Shown piece by piece: positions 12,157-24,009 of a stretch of 64,000 nucleotides of DNA (positions are counted from its first letter, which is position 1; each line of letters opens with the position of its first letter). The notes beneath the pieces were generated by a model. The model worked only from the letters and a program-made list of their open reading frames with translations. It was not told the DNA's origin and searched no databases. The position numbers and the translations under genes are program-made. Where the stretch lies: NCBI RefSeq assembly GCF_036971445.1, contig NC_091473.1:90272001-90336000 (forward strand), read 5' to 3'. This DNA comes from Narcine bancroftii. Its lineage: Eukaryota.

Positions 12157-13088
12157 TGTTACAGAGTCCAGAGGACCCCAAAAACCACCAGCAAAAGATA
12201 TGCACCACAACACAGGGTTACTTAAACAAAAGTAGTTTTTAATTATAATTGAACAAGAAAACATAATTAAACTTTAACTTATTATTTCACCTACTTACTT
12301 AACCTACTTACTTAACCTACCTAACCTATTTAAACCCCCTCTAATACTAAGCGCAGGTGTGTGTAATGTATATTTAAGATTAGAAAAGTTCTTTGGATCA
12401 CAGTCCAATCTCACTGGTTGCAGGCAATTCTTGTACTGTGCACAGAAGTTAGCATTAACAAAGTTCACCAGTCTTTCGTGCTTAACAGGCAAATGGTTAC
12501 CGCTCAGGAGGATTCTTGCTGGTTTTAAGAGAGAAATTTCTTTTCCAGGACATCCACAATTGATTCCTTCTCAATCAGTCTTGCTAACGAAACTTTCCCC
12601 CTTCAGGTTCTCCAGATGATCCTCTTACTTTCAGGTCACCTTTCAGACTGCCAGTCTTCTCCTTTGACCAGGCAGCCTTCTAAAATTTGCCAGCTTGTCC
12701 TTCTGGAACTGATTTCTGTGACTCCTTCTCTCTGTTTCATTCCCTCTCTCTCTGAAAGTAAAACTGTTCTGTCTTTGCCTGCAAAGATCACATGCTCTCC
12801 CAGGCCAGCTGTATTCTCCAACTTTGTTGCTCTTTCTGCAAAAAGCACCCTGCAAAAGTCCTGTGTTTAAAATGTGTGTGTGTGCAAGCTGCTCTTGCAA
12901 TTCCTCCCACGCCACCTCAAAATACTCTGTCACACCTTCCCCCTTTAAAGGGAATTTTAACTCTTCTGTTAAAATTCAGTTATAACTAAACTGTCTCAAA
13001 AATCACTAAAGAGATAGCAATACACAATATATAACATTGTTATAACACAGTAATTCAATTTTGAAAGTATTTTTATACACGATCAATT

Positions 13089-14731
13089 TTAACATCTTGA
13101 CAAACAATCGGCAATCACATTATTTACACCTCTGATATGGTTAATTTGCAGATCATATTCATGTAAAATCAAACTCCAGTTTAACCATCTTCTGTTTTTA
13201 TTCTTCATTTTATTCAAAAACACCAGAGGGATGTGGTCAGTGAATATAACAATTGGTTCTTGAGAGGTACCAAGATATACATCAAAATTCTGCAGAGCAA
13301 ATATGATAGCTAACAGTTCTTTTTCAATAGTAGAATAGTTCTTTTGATGAACATTGAATTTTTTTGAAAAGTAGGCAACTGGATGGTCAATTTCATTATG
13401 TTTTTGCAATAAATCTGCACCTGCTGCTCCCTCACTGGCATCCACTGCTACAGAAAATGGTCTGTCAAAATCAGGAAATTTTGACAGAGGGCAATGACAT
13501 AGCATCTCCTTTAAATTTTCTAATGCTGCCTGGCAATCTTTAGTCCACACAAATTTCTCCCCTTTCTTCAAAAGATTGGTTAAAGGAAGAGCAATCTCAG
13601 CAAAATTTCTGCAAAATTTCCTGTAATACCCTGTCATTCCTTAAAACCTTTCACTGCTTTCTTGCCATTGGGAGTAGGAAACTCAGAAATTGCATTGAAT
13701 AGGTGCAACTTTGCCATGGCCAACTACATAACCCAAGTATGTTACCATGGCATCTTCAAATTGACTCTGCTAAATTAACAGTTAAGTTATCTTTGGATAA
13801 TCTTGTAAACAATTTGTCCAATTGCCTTAGATGTTCTTCCCATGTGTCACTTTTTGTGACCAAGTCATCAATATAAGCATCTGTATGAGTTAACCCTTGG
13901 ATTACAGAATTAATCATCCTCTGGAATGTTTCATACCAAAAGGTAACACATTATACTCGTATAAACAGGATGGAGTTACAAAAGGTGAGATATTCTTTCC
14001 TCTTTCAGTAAAAGGCACGCATCACGAACCCTTCAACAAATCCAACTTAGTAAGAAATTTAGCTTTGCCAATTTTATCAATACAGTCATCTATTCTCAGA
14101 ATAGGATAAGCATCTGTTTTAGTTACTGAATTAACCTTCCTATAATCTGTACAGAACCTAACAGTTCCAACTGGTTTTGGTACCAGAATACAAGGAGAAC
14201 TCCAATCTAAGTCTGAAGGTCTAATAATGTCATTCCTCAACCAATATTCCACCTCCTGATCCATGATTTTATTCTTCTGAATGTTTATTCTATATGGGTG
14301 CTGTTTTATGGGATTTGCCTCTCCTATATCTACATCATGGTAAATCACTGATGTCTTTTTTGGAACATCAGGGAACAAATTTGTATATTTCAAAAATAAT
14401 TCTTTCAACTGCATCTGCTCTTGTAATTTAAGATGACCCCTAACTTTTCTTCCAAATTTTCCAAAATTGTTGAGTTAGACAGGCTCACAGGAACTATGGT
14501 TTCCTTAAGGTTACCCTCAGCAGATTCTGTTTCCATAATCTTGAAGTTGATCCACCACTTCCTCCACTCTGATACAGATAGTTCTCCACTACCCTTATTC
14601 TCGTAATAATGTTTCAACATATTTATGTGACAAACCTGAGTTTTATTCCTTCTATCTGGAGTGTTAACAACATAGTTAACATCATTCAGTTTTGATTTAA
14701 TTGTGTATGGTCCAGAAAATCTAGCTTTCAA
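13089..14731 (-). pseudogene. Gypsy pol remnant: integrase C-terminus, reverse transcriptase, RNase H (frameshifted)
   Basis: ORF-track segments 14405-14731, 14022-14414 and 13089-13637. Confidence 0.9.
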
Positions 14732-14936
14732 AGGATTGCCAGCTTATCCCTCTAGAACTGATTTCTGTGACTCCTTCCCTCTCTCTGTTTCACTCCCTCC
14801 CTCTCTGAGAGCAAAACTGTTCTGAGACTGCCTGCAAAAATCACATGCTCTCCCAGGCCATCTGTATTTTGTAGCTTCATTGCTCATTCTGCAAAAAGCA
14901 CCCTGCAAAAGTCCTGCAAAAATTCTGTGTTTTGAA

Positions 14937-14937
<1 letters not shown>

Positions 14938-15011
<74 letters not shown>
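14938..15011 (+). repeat. (TG)37 microsatellite within the 5' LTR
   Basis: Perfect TG run; the equivalent site in the 3' LTR (12873-12884) is (TG)6. Confidence 0.97.
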
Positions 15012-15012
<1 letters not shown>

Positions 15013-15061
15013 AAGCTGCTCCAGCAATTCCTTCTAAGCCACCTCTAAATACTCTATCACA

Positions 15062-15200
15062 GAGGAAACTGGAGCACCTGGAGGAAACCCATGCAGACAG
15101 GTAGAGAACATACAAACTCCTTACAGACAGCACTGATTCGAACCAAGGTCTCTGGCACTGAAATAGTGTTGCACTAACTTCTGCATTAACCGTGCCACCC
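15062..15200 (-). mobile_element. V-SINE 5' half
   Basis: Reverse complement of the V-domain (GGAAACTGGAGCACCTGGAGGAAACCCATGCAGAC) and tRNA-like head with B-box GGTTCGAATC. Confidence 0.85.
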
Positions 15201-15359
15201 AATTTTTAAAAATAATTCTGTTTCTGATTGTTTCTATGTTCTGTATTTCATAATTGAAGAAATAATAATGCTTATCAAAAATTGTCCTTTTGACAAAATA
15301 TCTGTTTTTTAAAAAGCTGTCAATATCCCTCATCAATTGGTTAAAAATGAAGTTAATTT

Positions 15360-15465
15360 TAATTTAATTTCAACATACAGCGCAGTAACAGACCATTTTG
15401 ACCCACAAGTCCGCACTGCCCAATTTACACCCAATTAACCTACACCCTCGGTATGTTTTGAATGT
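15360..15465 (-). mobile_element. V-SINE 3' fragment
   Basis: CATACAGCGCAGTAACAGACC..CCCAATTAACCTACA matches the SINE tails. Confidence 0.7.
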
Positions 15466-16074
15466 ACCATGAGCTATTTTAATAAGGAATGTTCCAGAAT
15501 AAAACTTAGTTTGGACAATGCAACGAGTTTCATTTATTTCCTCGATGATGCAGACAAAAGCTTAACATAAAATTTTGACAATTCAGTACAAAATGTTACT
15601 TTCAGCTTAGTAATGGTTCGAATATTCTTTGTATTTATGGATAATTTCTTAATGTAGACACAATACTAAATTATTTAGTAGTTTTAATGTTGTACTTAGT
15701 GCCCAGTAGCACTGAGAATTTATGTACTTTTAAAAATATCTATGGAAATTTGATTTTCCAAAATAATACTGTAAACTGTTAGTTGCATAAACTATGTTTA
15801 TTCAAAATGACCAGTTAACCAAACAAAAGAGGTCTGTAATAACAATGTTTGAGTGGGTGTCCTATTATGCACAGTTTTCGGTTCAAAATCAAAATCAACC
15901 AGCTAGAAATTCACCATTATGCTTTGTTACATCACAATGGCTAGTCCTGCTTTGTTCAACAATTGTAAATACATTAGCTTCAGTTATAGTTGAATATCAA
16001 TATTTACATTTGCAGTGATTTATTTCAAAATGCTTAATGGATAAAATACCCAATCAAATATACAATAAAGTCAA

Positions 16075-16230
16075 ATGCAATCTGCTGGAAGAACTCAGCA
16101 GGTCAAGCAGCATCAGTGAGAGGAAAAGAATGTTCAACATTTTTGGCTGGAATCCTTCATCAAGACTGAGTTCCTCTAGCATATTGAGTTTAGCTTCAGA
16201 TTCCAGCAGCTGCATTCTCCTGTGTGTCTG
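16075..16230. mobile_element. Penelope-derived palindromic terminal repeat remnant
   Basis: TGCTGGAAGAACTCAG ... CTGAGTTCCTCTAGCA inverted arms flanking a decayed hammerhead-like core. Confidence 0.6.
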
Positions 16231-16489
16231 CTGTAAAACCAAATGGACCCGCAAGATTCCTGATTCAGATCCTGAGGATGATGTGTGGATGATGTGTGGA
16301 ATGCAGTAATTGGCAGCATTGCATATTAGTTTTGGAAAACACAGACTGGAAAGCTATTATTGATTGTCATTGCTATACTATCGGAAAGTGTGTCTGATTG
16401 CCAAGGAAGAGAAGAGAGAACAGAATGTTATTGTTTATTGTAAGAGAATTGAACACACAGTTATGGAGTTTATGCTTCTGTTATATAAG

Positions 16490-16685
16490 TATGTCAGCAC
16501 AGAAACCAGGCCCTTTGGCCCTTCTAGTCTGTGCTGAACTATTATTCTTTCCACTGACCTGCACTCCATACCCCTTTCATCCATGTATCTGTCCGAATGT
16601 TGTCACTTCAGTTGTCAGTTCGTTCCACCACTCTCCCTGTGAAGTTCCCCCTAAACTTTTCCCTTTCACCTTTAACCCATGAAAC
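16490..16685 (-). mobile_element. CR1 3'-end fragment
   Basis: GCACAGAAACCAGGCCCTTTGGCCC tail signature. Confidence 0.65.
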
Positions 16686-16699
16686 TTGTTTTGTGACCA

Positions 16700-18312
16700 C
16701 ATTACATTTTAAAAAAATAATTAAATTAGTGCAAAAGAAGAGAAAAGTGTGAAGTAGTGTCTATGTGTTATTGACCATTCAGAAATCTGATGGTGGAGGG
16801 GGAGAAGTTGGTTTTGTCCCATTGGGTTTTCATCTTCAAGCTCCTATAACTCCTTCTTGATGGTGGTAGTGAGAAGTGGGCATGGTGGTGAGTGTCCTTG
16901 ATGATAAAGGCTGTTTTCTTGAGACGCTGCCTCTTGTAGACATATTTAATGGAGTGTATAATGCCAAAGATGGGGCTGGCCTAGTTCACAGCACTCTGCA
17001 GCCTTTTCCTATCCTGTGCATTGGCATCTCCATACCAGACTGGGATGTAACCAGCCCAAATGCTCTTCACAGTACATGTGTAGAAATATGCAAGAGTCTT
17101 TGGTGATATACCCAATCTCCTCAAACTCCACTGACAAGCCTTCTTTATGATTGCATCAACATGAAGGCCCTAAGCTAGATCTTCAGAGATGTTGTCACCC
17201 AGGAATTTAAAGTTAACCATATATAACCATATAACCACTTACAGCACAGAACAGGCCAGTTCGGCCCTACTAGTCCATGCCGTAACAAATCCTCACCCTC
17301 CTAGTCCCACTGACCAGCACCCGGTCCATACCCCTCCAGTCCTCTCCTCTCCATGTAACTATCCAGTCTTTCCTTAAGTGTAACCAATGATCCCACCTCG
17401 ACCACGTTTGTCGGAAGCTCATTCCACATCCCCACCACCCTTTGTGTAAAGAAATTTCCCCTCATGTTCCCCTTATAATTTTCCCCCTTCAATCTTAAAC
17501 CATGCCCTCTAGTTTGAATCTCCCCCACTCTTAATTGAAAATGCCTATCCACGTTTACTCTGTCTGTCCCTTTTAAAATCTTAAACACCTCTATCAAGTC
17601 CCCTCTCAATCTTCTACGCTCCAGAGAAAAAAGCCCCAGTCTGCACAACCTTTCCCTGTAACTCAGACCCTGAAATCCTGTCAACATTCTCGTGAACCTT
17701 CTCTGCACTCTCTCCATTTTGTTTCTATCCTTCCTATAATTTGGTGACCCAAACTGTACATAGGACTCCAACACAGACCTCACCAAGGCCTTGTACAGTT
17801 TCATCAAGTTCTTTACACTTTCCACTGCTGACTCCTCGATGTTCTCCTGGTTTCCCATTCCTGAAGTCCATAATCAGTTTCTTAGTTTTGCTAATGTTGA
17901 GTGATTCTGCTGACAACTATATTGTCATTGGCAAATTTGTAAATGGCATTTGAATTCTGCTTAGCCACACAATCATGGGTGGAGAAAGGCCTTGATTTTG
18001 AAGCTTGTCGATCAGTACAGAGGGGATGATGGTGTTGAAAACTGAGCTGTAAAGGATGAAAAGCAGCCTGATGTACATCTTGCTGTTGTCTAGGTGATCC
18101 AGGGCTGAGTGGAGAGCCAGTGAGATTACATCAGCTGTGGAACAATTATGGTAGGAGGCAAATTGCAGTGGGTCCAGGTCTTTACTTAGGTGTGAGTTTA
18201 TTCTGGCCATGACCAACCTCTCAGCATTGAATTCCAGAAGATGTGAGTGCAACTTGGCAATAGTCATTAAGGTAGCTCACTCTTCTCTTCTTGCACACCG
18301 GTAGGATGATGC
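16700..18312 (-). mobile_element. Rex1/Babar-like LINE fragment interrupted by CR1
   Basis: ORF 17917-18267 ERLVMARINSHLSKDLDPLQFA..STADVISLALHSALDHLDN..FNTIIPSVLIDKL; 17734-17916 LNISKTKKLIMDFR. Confidence 0.85.
17215..17805 (-). mobile_element. Young CR1 LINE 3' portion with (ATATGGTT)-like tail and 5-bp TSD AAGTT
   Basis: Open frame KLYKALVRSVLESYVQFGSPNYRKD..RRLRGDLIEVFK..RGHGLRL..FFTQRVVGMWNELP; AAGTT at 17210-17214 and 17806-17810. Confidence 0.92.
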
Positions 18313-18317
18313 CTTTA

Positions 18318-18900
18318 TCTTCTTTCTTTGGCTTGGCTTCGTAGACGAAGATTTATGGAGGGGGTAAAAGTCCACGTCAGCTGCAGGCTCGTTTGTGGCT
18401 GACAAGTCCGATGCGGGACAGGCAGACACGGTTGCAGCGGCTGCAGGGGAAAATTGGTTGGTTGGGGTTGGGTGTTGGGTTTTTCCTCCTTTGCCTTTTG
18501 TCAGTGAGGTGGGCTCTCCTTATTTAAGCAATGATGTAAATGCATTGCAAGCAGTTCAAAGGAGGTTGCTTCCCGCCAAACTGTGAGGCGCCAAGATGCA
18601 CGGTTTGAGGCGATATCAGCCCACTGGCGGTGGTCAATGTGGCAGGCACCAAGAGATTTCTTTAGGCAGTCCTTGTACCTTTTCTTTGGTGCACCTCTGT
18701 CACGGTGGCCAGTGGAAAGCTCGCCATATAACACGATCTTGGGAAGGCGATGGTCCTCCATTCTGGAGACGTGACCCATCCAGCGCAGCTGGATCTTCAG
18801 CAGCGTGGACTCGATGCTGTCGACCTCTGCCATCTCGAGTACTTCGACGTTAGGGATGAAAGCGCTCCAATGGATGTTGAGGATGGAGCGGAGACAACGC
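18318..18900 (-). mobile_element. RTE-BovB LINE 3' portion, with 37-bp CR1 patch at 18518-18554
   Basis: RCLRSILNIHW..QLRWMGHVSRMEDHRLPKIVLYGEL; tail CGAAGCCAAGCCAAAGAAAGAA; near-identical to 27620-28170 and 56817-57328. Confidence 0.93.
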
Positions 18901-19974
18901 ACGGATGGCAGTCTCTTCAATCTGAGGCGCCTGCAAGCTCACACCAAGACACAAGAGAAACTTGTCCGTGAACTACTCTTTGCAGACGATGCCGCTTTAG
19001 TTGCCCATTCAGAGCCAGCTCTTCAGCGCTTGACGTCCTGCTTTGCGGAAACTGCCAAAATGTTTGGCCTGGAAGTCAGCCTGAAGAAAACTGAGGTCCT
19101 CCATCAGCCAGCTCCCCACCATGACTACCAGCCCCCCCACATCTCCATCGGGCACACAAAACTCAAAACGGTCAACCAGTTTACCTATCTCGGCTGCACC
19201 ATTTCATCAGATGCAAGGATCGACAATGAGATAGACAACAGACTCGCCAAGGCAAATAGTGCCTTTGGAAGACTACACAAAAGAGTCTGGAAAAACAACC
19301 AACTGAAAAACCTCACAAAGATTAGCGTATACAGAGCCGTTGTCATACCCACACTCCTGTTTGGCTCCGAATCATGGGTCCTTTACCGGCATCACCTACA
19401 GCTCCTAGAACGCTTCCACCAGCGTTGTCTCCGCTCCATCCTCAACATTCATTGGAGCGACTTCATCCCTAACATCGAAGTACTCGAGATGGCAGAGGCC
19501 GACAGCATCGAATCCACGCTGCTGAAGATCCAACTGCGCTGGGTAGGTCACATCTCCAGAATGGAGGACCATCACCTTCCCAAGATCGTGTTATATGGCG
19601 AGCTCACCACTGGCCACCGAGACAGAGGTGCACCAAAGAAGAGGTACAAGAACTGCCTAAAGAAATCTCTTGGTGCCTGCCACATTGACCACCGCCAGTG
19701 GGCTGATCTCGCCTCAAACCATGCATCTTGGCGCCTCACTGTTCGGCGGGCAGCAACCTCCTTTGAAGAAGACTGCAGAGCCCACCTCACTGACAAAAGA
19801 CAAAGGAGGAAAAACTCAACGCCCAACCCCAACCCCTCCAATTTTCCCTTGCAACCGCTGCAACCGTGTCTGCCTGTCCCGCATCGGACTTGTCAGCCAC
19901 AAACGAGCCTGCAGCTGATGTGGACATTACCCCTCCATAAATCTTTGTCCGCGAAGCCACGTCAAAGAAAGAAA
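18901..19974 (+). mobile_element. RTE-BovB LINE 3' portion (RT C-terminal half)
   Basis: TDGSLFNLRRLQAHTK..ELLFADDAALVAHS..FTYLGCTIS..QLRWVGH; C-terminal C2H2-like finger after a frameshift; AAAGAAAGAA tail. Confidence 0.95.
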
Positions 19975-20135
19975 CATAGAATAAGTATATTTTCTTCTGA
20001 GGAAAGGTTGAGCAGATCAGATTCTGCTGGTTTACAAGATTTTGATTGACAGATCCTGATGAGTCTTGACAGGATGAGTTTGGAGACGATATTTCCTCTT
20101 GCAGGAGAATTTAGACATAGGCATCACAATTTAAA
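19975..20135 (+). mobile_element. Old CR1 fragment flanking BovB
   Basis: SSEERLSR..LMSLDRMSLETIFPLAGEFRHRH resembles CR1 LSYEERL..RGLDRVD.ERMFPL.GESRTRGH. Confidence 0.6.
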
Positions 20136-20989
20136 TAAGCCAAGATATCGCGATATCTTACGAGACTCATTATTAACAGTAATAAAGCATTTCACTCATA
20201 ATAGATATTGAGTAGTGAGCACCAAGCAAATCAGAGCTTATGAATGAATAGTACTTCGTACCCGTGGTGCGTGCGAGAAATAGCCTGACTTTCAAACAAC
20301 TAATCATTCATAATCACAAAACTTACATAGAAGATAATAAAACTAAGTACCAATATTTACAACTCACGAGTATTAACCATGCAGTGTTTGACAATTCACA
20401 CTGCTTTTTGCAAGATCTGGTCACTACCAAGCATGGAGTATTGCATGAGTATTGAACATGGTCACATATATATGAGCTAAAACAATGACAGTGGCATCTG
20501 CAGCAGAAAAACCCAGTGAAAATGGCCAGTTAATTGAAGTCTTTCTTTTGAATGCTGACATGAATGTTGTAGAATTCTTATCTCCAATTTACAATAGGCT
20601 TTCAACATACTTGAAAATAGGACCTAGATAATAATCACATGTCTAATAGATGTCATCTGGCCTAATTCCTGTATATTAACAAAATCACATTTGCCCCAAA
20701 TTCCTCTGATGGCAAAAGTTAAACCTGAAGGCAGGCAGGCTCACCAGCCTGCTATTATTGGTTCATACATGGCAGGCAGCATGAACTTAAAAGCTATCTT
20801 ATTATCTATGAGTTCTTCAACTTCTGTACATCAGAGAGCTGGATATATAAAAAAGCAAGCATATGACTGATATAGAGAACTGAAACCAAGGGAGGTGCTT
20901 CAGGAGTCCAGAAAGTGAAGAAGGGTGTTTTTTTTTTAAAGGTATCAGGAAGTTCAAAAAGGACCATGAAATATTTAGGAAATCTCCAA

Positions 20990-21830
20990 AGCTTTTTTAT
21001 ATATATTATGGACAGGAGGATAACCAGGGAAAGAGTTGGGCCCAAAATAGCAATGTGAGGGTTGAGCCAGAGGATATCAGTGCAGTCCTTTCTCTGTATA
21101 GGCGGGGGGAGCTAGCGGAGTTGTTTTAGTGAACCAGCGTGGACTTGTAGGGCCGAGATGGCCTGTTTCCATGCCATAAACTGTTATATGGTTATTCATT
21201 GAGGAGAAGAACATTCTGGAAAATAAATGGAAGAGGATTGTGAAATGCTAGAACATGTTACAATTAAAAAAGGAGGAATTATGAAGTGTCTGATGATTTA
21301 AATTTTGATAAATCCCCAGGAATTAATGAGACATATCTCAGCTGTTATATGCACAGGAGGAAATTGCTGCAGCCTTGAGAGAGAATTTAACATTTTCACT
21401 GACCACAGGTGAGGTGGCAGATGAATGGAAGACAAATGTGGCATCTTTATTCAAGTAGGCGGAAAGGATAAGAATACCATCAACAAGACAATGAGCCTAA
21501 CGTCAATGGTAGGGAAGGCATGGGAAAAATCTTGCAGAACACAATTAAAGTAAACTTGAAAAGATGGGGGATCATCAGGGATAGTTAACATGGCTGCATT
21601 ACCATCTTACTAATTTGATTGAACTTGTATTTGAAGAGGTAATAAAGTGTGTTTGAGGAGGCCAGGAGGCTGGTGTGGACTTCAGTAAGGCCTTTCACAA
21701 GGTCCAATAAGAGAGCCTAGTCCAAAAGATGAGAGTCCAAGGGATCCAAGATAAATTGGCAAATTGAATCCAAAATTGACCTGGTGTTAGGAGGCAGAAG
21801 ATGATGGTGGGAATTGTTTTAGTGTCACCC
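20990..21830 (+). mobile_element. Degraded CR1 RT fragment with a nested CR1 3' tail (about 21090-21195)
   Basis: DKSPG, EEIAAAL, TGEVADEWK, DFSKAFHKV motifs; nested GGGCCGAGATGGCCTGTTTCC..ATATGGTT tail. Confidence 0.75.
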
Positions 21831-22199
21831 CACCACATTGGTCATTACTTCTAAAGGCATTGTGAAAGGACTATCACAGGCTACACTGCTTTCCAAGAGC
21901 CCAGAATTCCATTGAATTGAGTTCTTTACTAACACCAGCCTAGTCATTCACTTTTAGCTATTTTGCCCATTACTAGAACCAAGAATTAAAGATTCAAGTA
22001 TCAATTAATCTTTTTAAAGCAATCAGATATTAAGCAAAAAAGTAACTTCTCTTACCTCTTCCAAAATTTGCACATATTTTCTGATATTAAATTATTAATT
22101 TACAATTTGCTGAAGATTTTTTTTCTAGCACACTGGCTACTCTGCCTTTAACCTCTACCATTCTGGAGACCTTGTGTTGTTCCTGAAGTGAACACTCTG

Positions 22200-23920
22200 C
22201 AAAGAATTAAAAGAGCTAGCAAGGAAGGATAAGTGGATAATATGTAATGAGGGTAAATGTGAGCTAGTTTGAAAAGCAGGAGAATGAATAGTGCGAGGAT
22301 AGGTTTGCTCAGGGATAAAATGGGAACATATGCCTTGGGGCAGAGGAGGTCGGGAAGGTACTGAATGGATAGTTGGCTTCAGTACTCACCAGGGAATGGG
22401 ACTTTAATGAATGTGAGGTCAGTGTAGAACAAGCTAATGGGTTAGATTACTATGAGGTTAAGAAAGAGGTAGTGTTGGAACCTCTGAAAAACATTTGGAT
22501 AGATAAGTCCCCAGGGATGGACAGGATATATCCCAAGTTACTATGGGAAATTAGGGAAGAAATAGCTGGGGCATTGGAGATAATACAGGAGAGGTACAAG
22601 AGAATTGGAGAATTGCAAATGTTAGAGGTGGGGATTCTTACGGACCTGATTTATGAGCATTTGGAGAAGCAACATCTTATTAGGAATAGCCATCATGGCT
22701 TGTGAGAGGCAGGTCATGCCTCATGAGCCTAAATGAGATTTTTGAGGAGGTGACTAAAGAAATTGATGAAGGTAGGGTGGTGGATATTGTGTATTTGGAT
22801 TTTAGTCAGGCATTTGACAAGGTTCCCATTGGTAGGCTCATGTAAAAAGTCATGAGCCATAGGATCGCTGGAAACGTGGCTGCTTCGTTTCAGAATTGGC
22901 TTACCCACAGAAATCAAAGGGTTGCAGTAGATGGAACTTATTCTGCATGGTGGTCGGTGTCAAGTGGTACTCTGAAGGAATCTGTTCTGGGACCCTTGCT
23001 CTGTGATTTTAATAAATATCTTGGACAATGAAATAGAGGGATGGGTCAATAAGGTTGAAGATGATGAAAGTTGGAAGTGTTGTATATAGTATTGAAAGCT
23101 GTTGTGGGTTACAACAGGAAATAGACAGGATGAAGAGTTGAATGGAGAGTTCATTCTGGAAAAGTGTGACGTGATGAACTTGAAAAATTGGAGTACATGG
23201 AGAATGGAAGGAGTCTTTGCTATTTGGAGGAGCGGAGGGATTTTGAGGTTGAAATTCAAGGATCCCTTAAGGTTGCCATAGAGGTTAATAGGGTAGCTAA
23301 GAAGGTGTTTTGTGTGTTAGCCTTCATTCATTGTGGGAGTGAGTTCAAGAGATATTAGGTAATGTTGCAGCTCTATAAAAATCTGGTTAGACTACACTTA
23401 TTGTGTTCAGTTCTGGTCACATCATGTTAGGAGTGATGTGGAAGCTTTAGTTAGAGAGGGCATGATGATTTTCCAGGATGCTGCCTGGTTTAGAGGACAT
23501 GTCTTAAGAGGAAAGGTTGTGTGAGCAATGGCTTTTTACTTTGGAGCAATGGAGGATGAGAGGTCACATAATAGAGGTGTATAAGATTATGACATGCAGA
23601 GACAGGGTGGACACCAACACCTAATACTATACCAGAGAACATCTGTTTAAGGTGAGTGGAGGTAAATTTAGAGAAGACATTAGAGGAAATGTTTTCACAG
23701 AGTGTGGTAAGTGCCTGGAATGCATTATTAGGGGTGGTGGTCAAGACCGATACAATAAGGACATTTTAAACATTCTTAGATAGGTGCATGGATATCAGAA
23801 AAATAAATGTTATGAGCTATGAGGGATAGAAGGATTAGATTGATGTGAAGTAGGTTTATATTAGTCAGAACAACATTGTGGGCTGAAGGGCCCATCCTTT
23901 ACTGTAGTGTTCTATGTAAA
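22200..23920 (+). mobile_element. Degraded CR1 LINE (RT through 3' tail)
   Basis: IDKSPGMDRIYPKLLWEIREEIAGAL, VYLDFSQAFDKVP, GSVLGPLL; tail GTGGGCTGAAGGGCC..TGTAGTGTTCTATG. Confidence 0.88.
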
Positions 23921-24009
23921 TAGCATGAGAATATTAAATAATTGGTGTTTAGAGGTCTAATTGTATAAGAAGCACAAATTAACAAGCAGGTACTACAAAT
24001 AAATCAGAA

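Larger units (their letters stand above)
12157..15061 (-). mobile_element. Gypsy LTR retrotransposon of Gmr1 type (IN-RT-RH), internally deleted
   Basis: 3' LTR 12157-12934 (TG..CA) preceded on the minus strand by PPT AAAGGGGGAAGG; partial 5' LTR 14736-15061. IN GPY/F motif (14405-14731), then RT (PIKQHPYR, RFCTDYRKVN, AYIDDL at 13861-13878), then RNase H (VDAS, YSTIEKELLA, ADCLSR). TSD GAGA/GAGG. Confidence 0.93.

Noticed and set aside
14744-15202. His-Thr and Cys-Val repeat ORFs
   Set aside because: They are translations of the (TG)37 microsatellite, LTR and SINE.
18805-20049. 414-aa ORF as a host gene
   Set aside because: It is a chimeric read-through: antisense BovB N-terminus, BovB RT, then a frameshifted tail into CR1.
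20728-20752. GCAGGCT-CACC-AGCCTGC hairpin as a terminator or structured RNA
   Set aside because: A 7-bp stem is expected by chance in 64 kb, and intrinsic terminators do not apply here.
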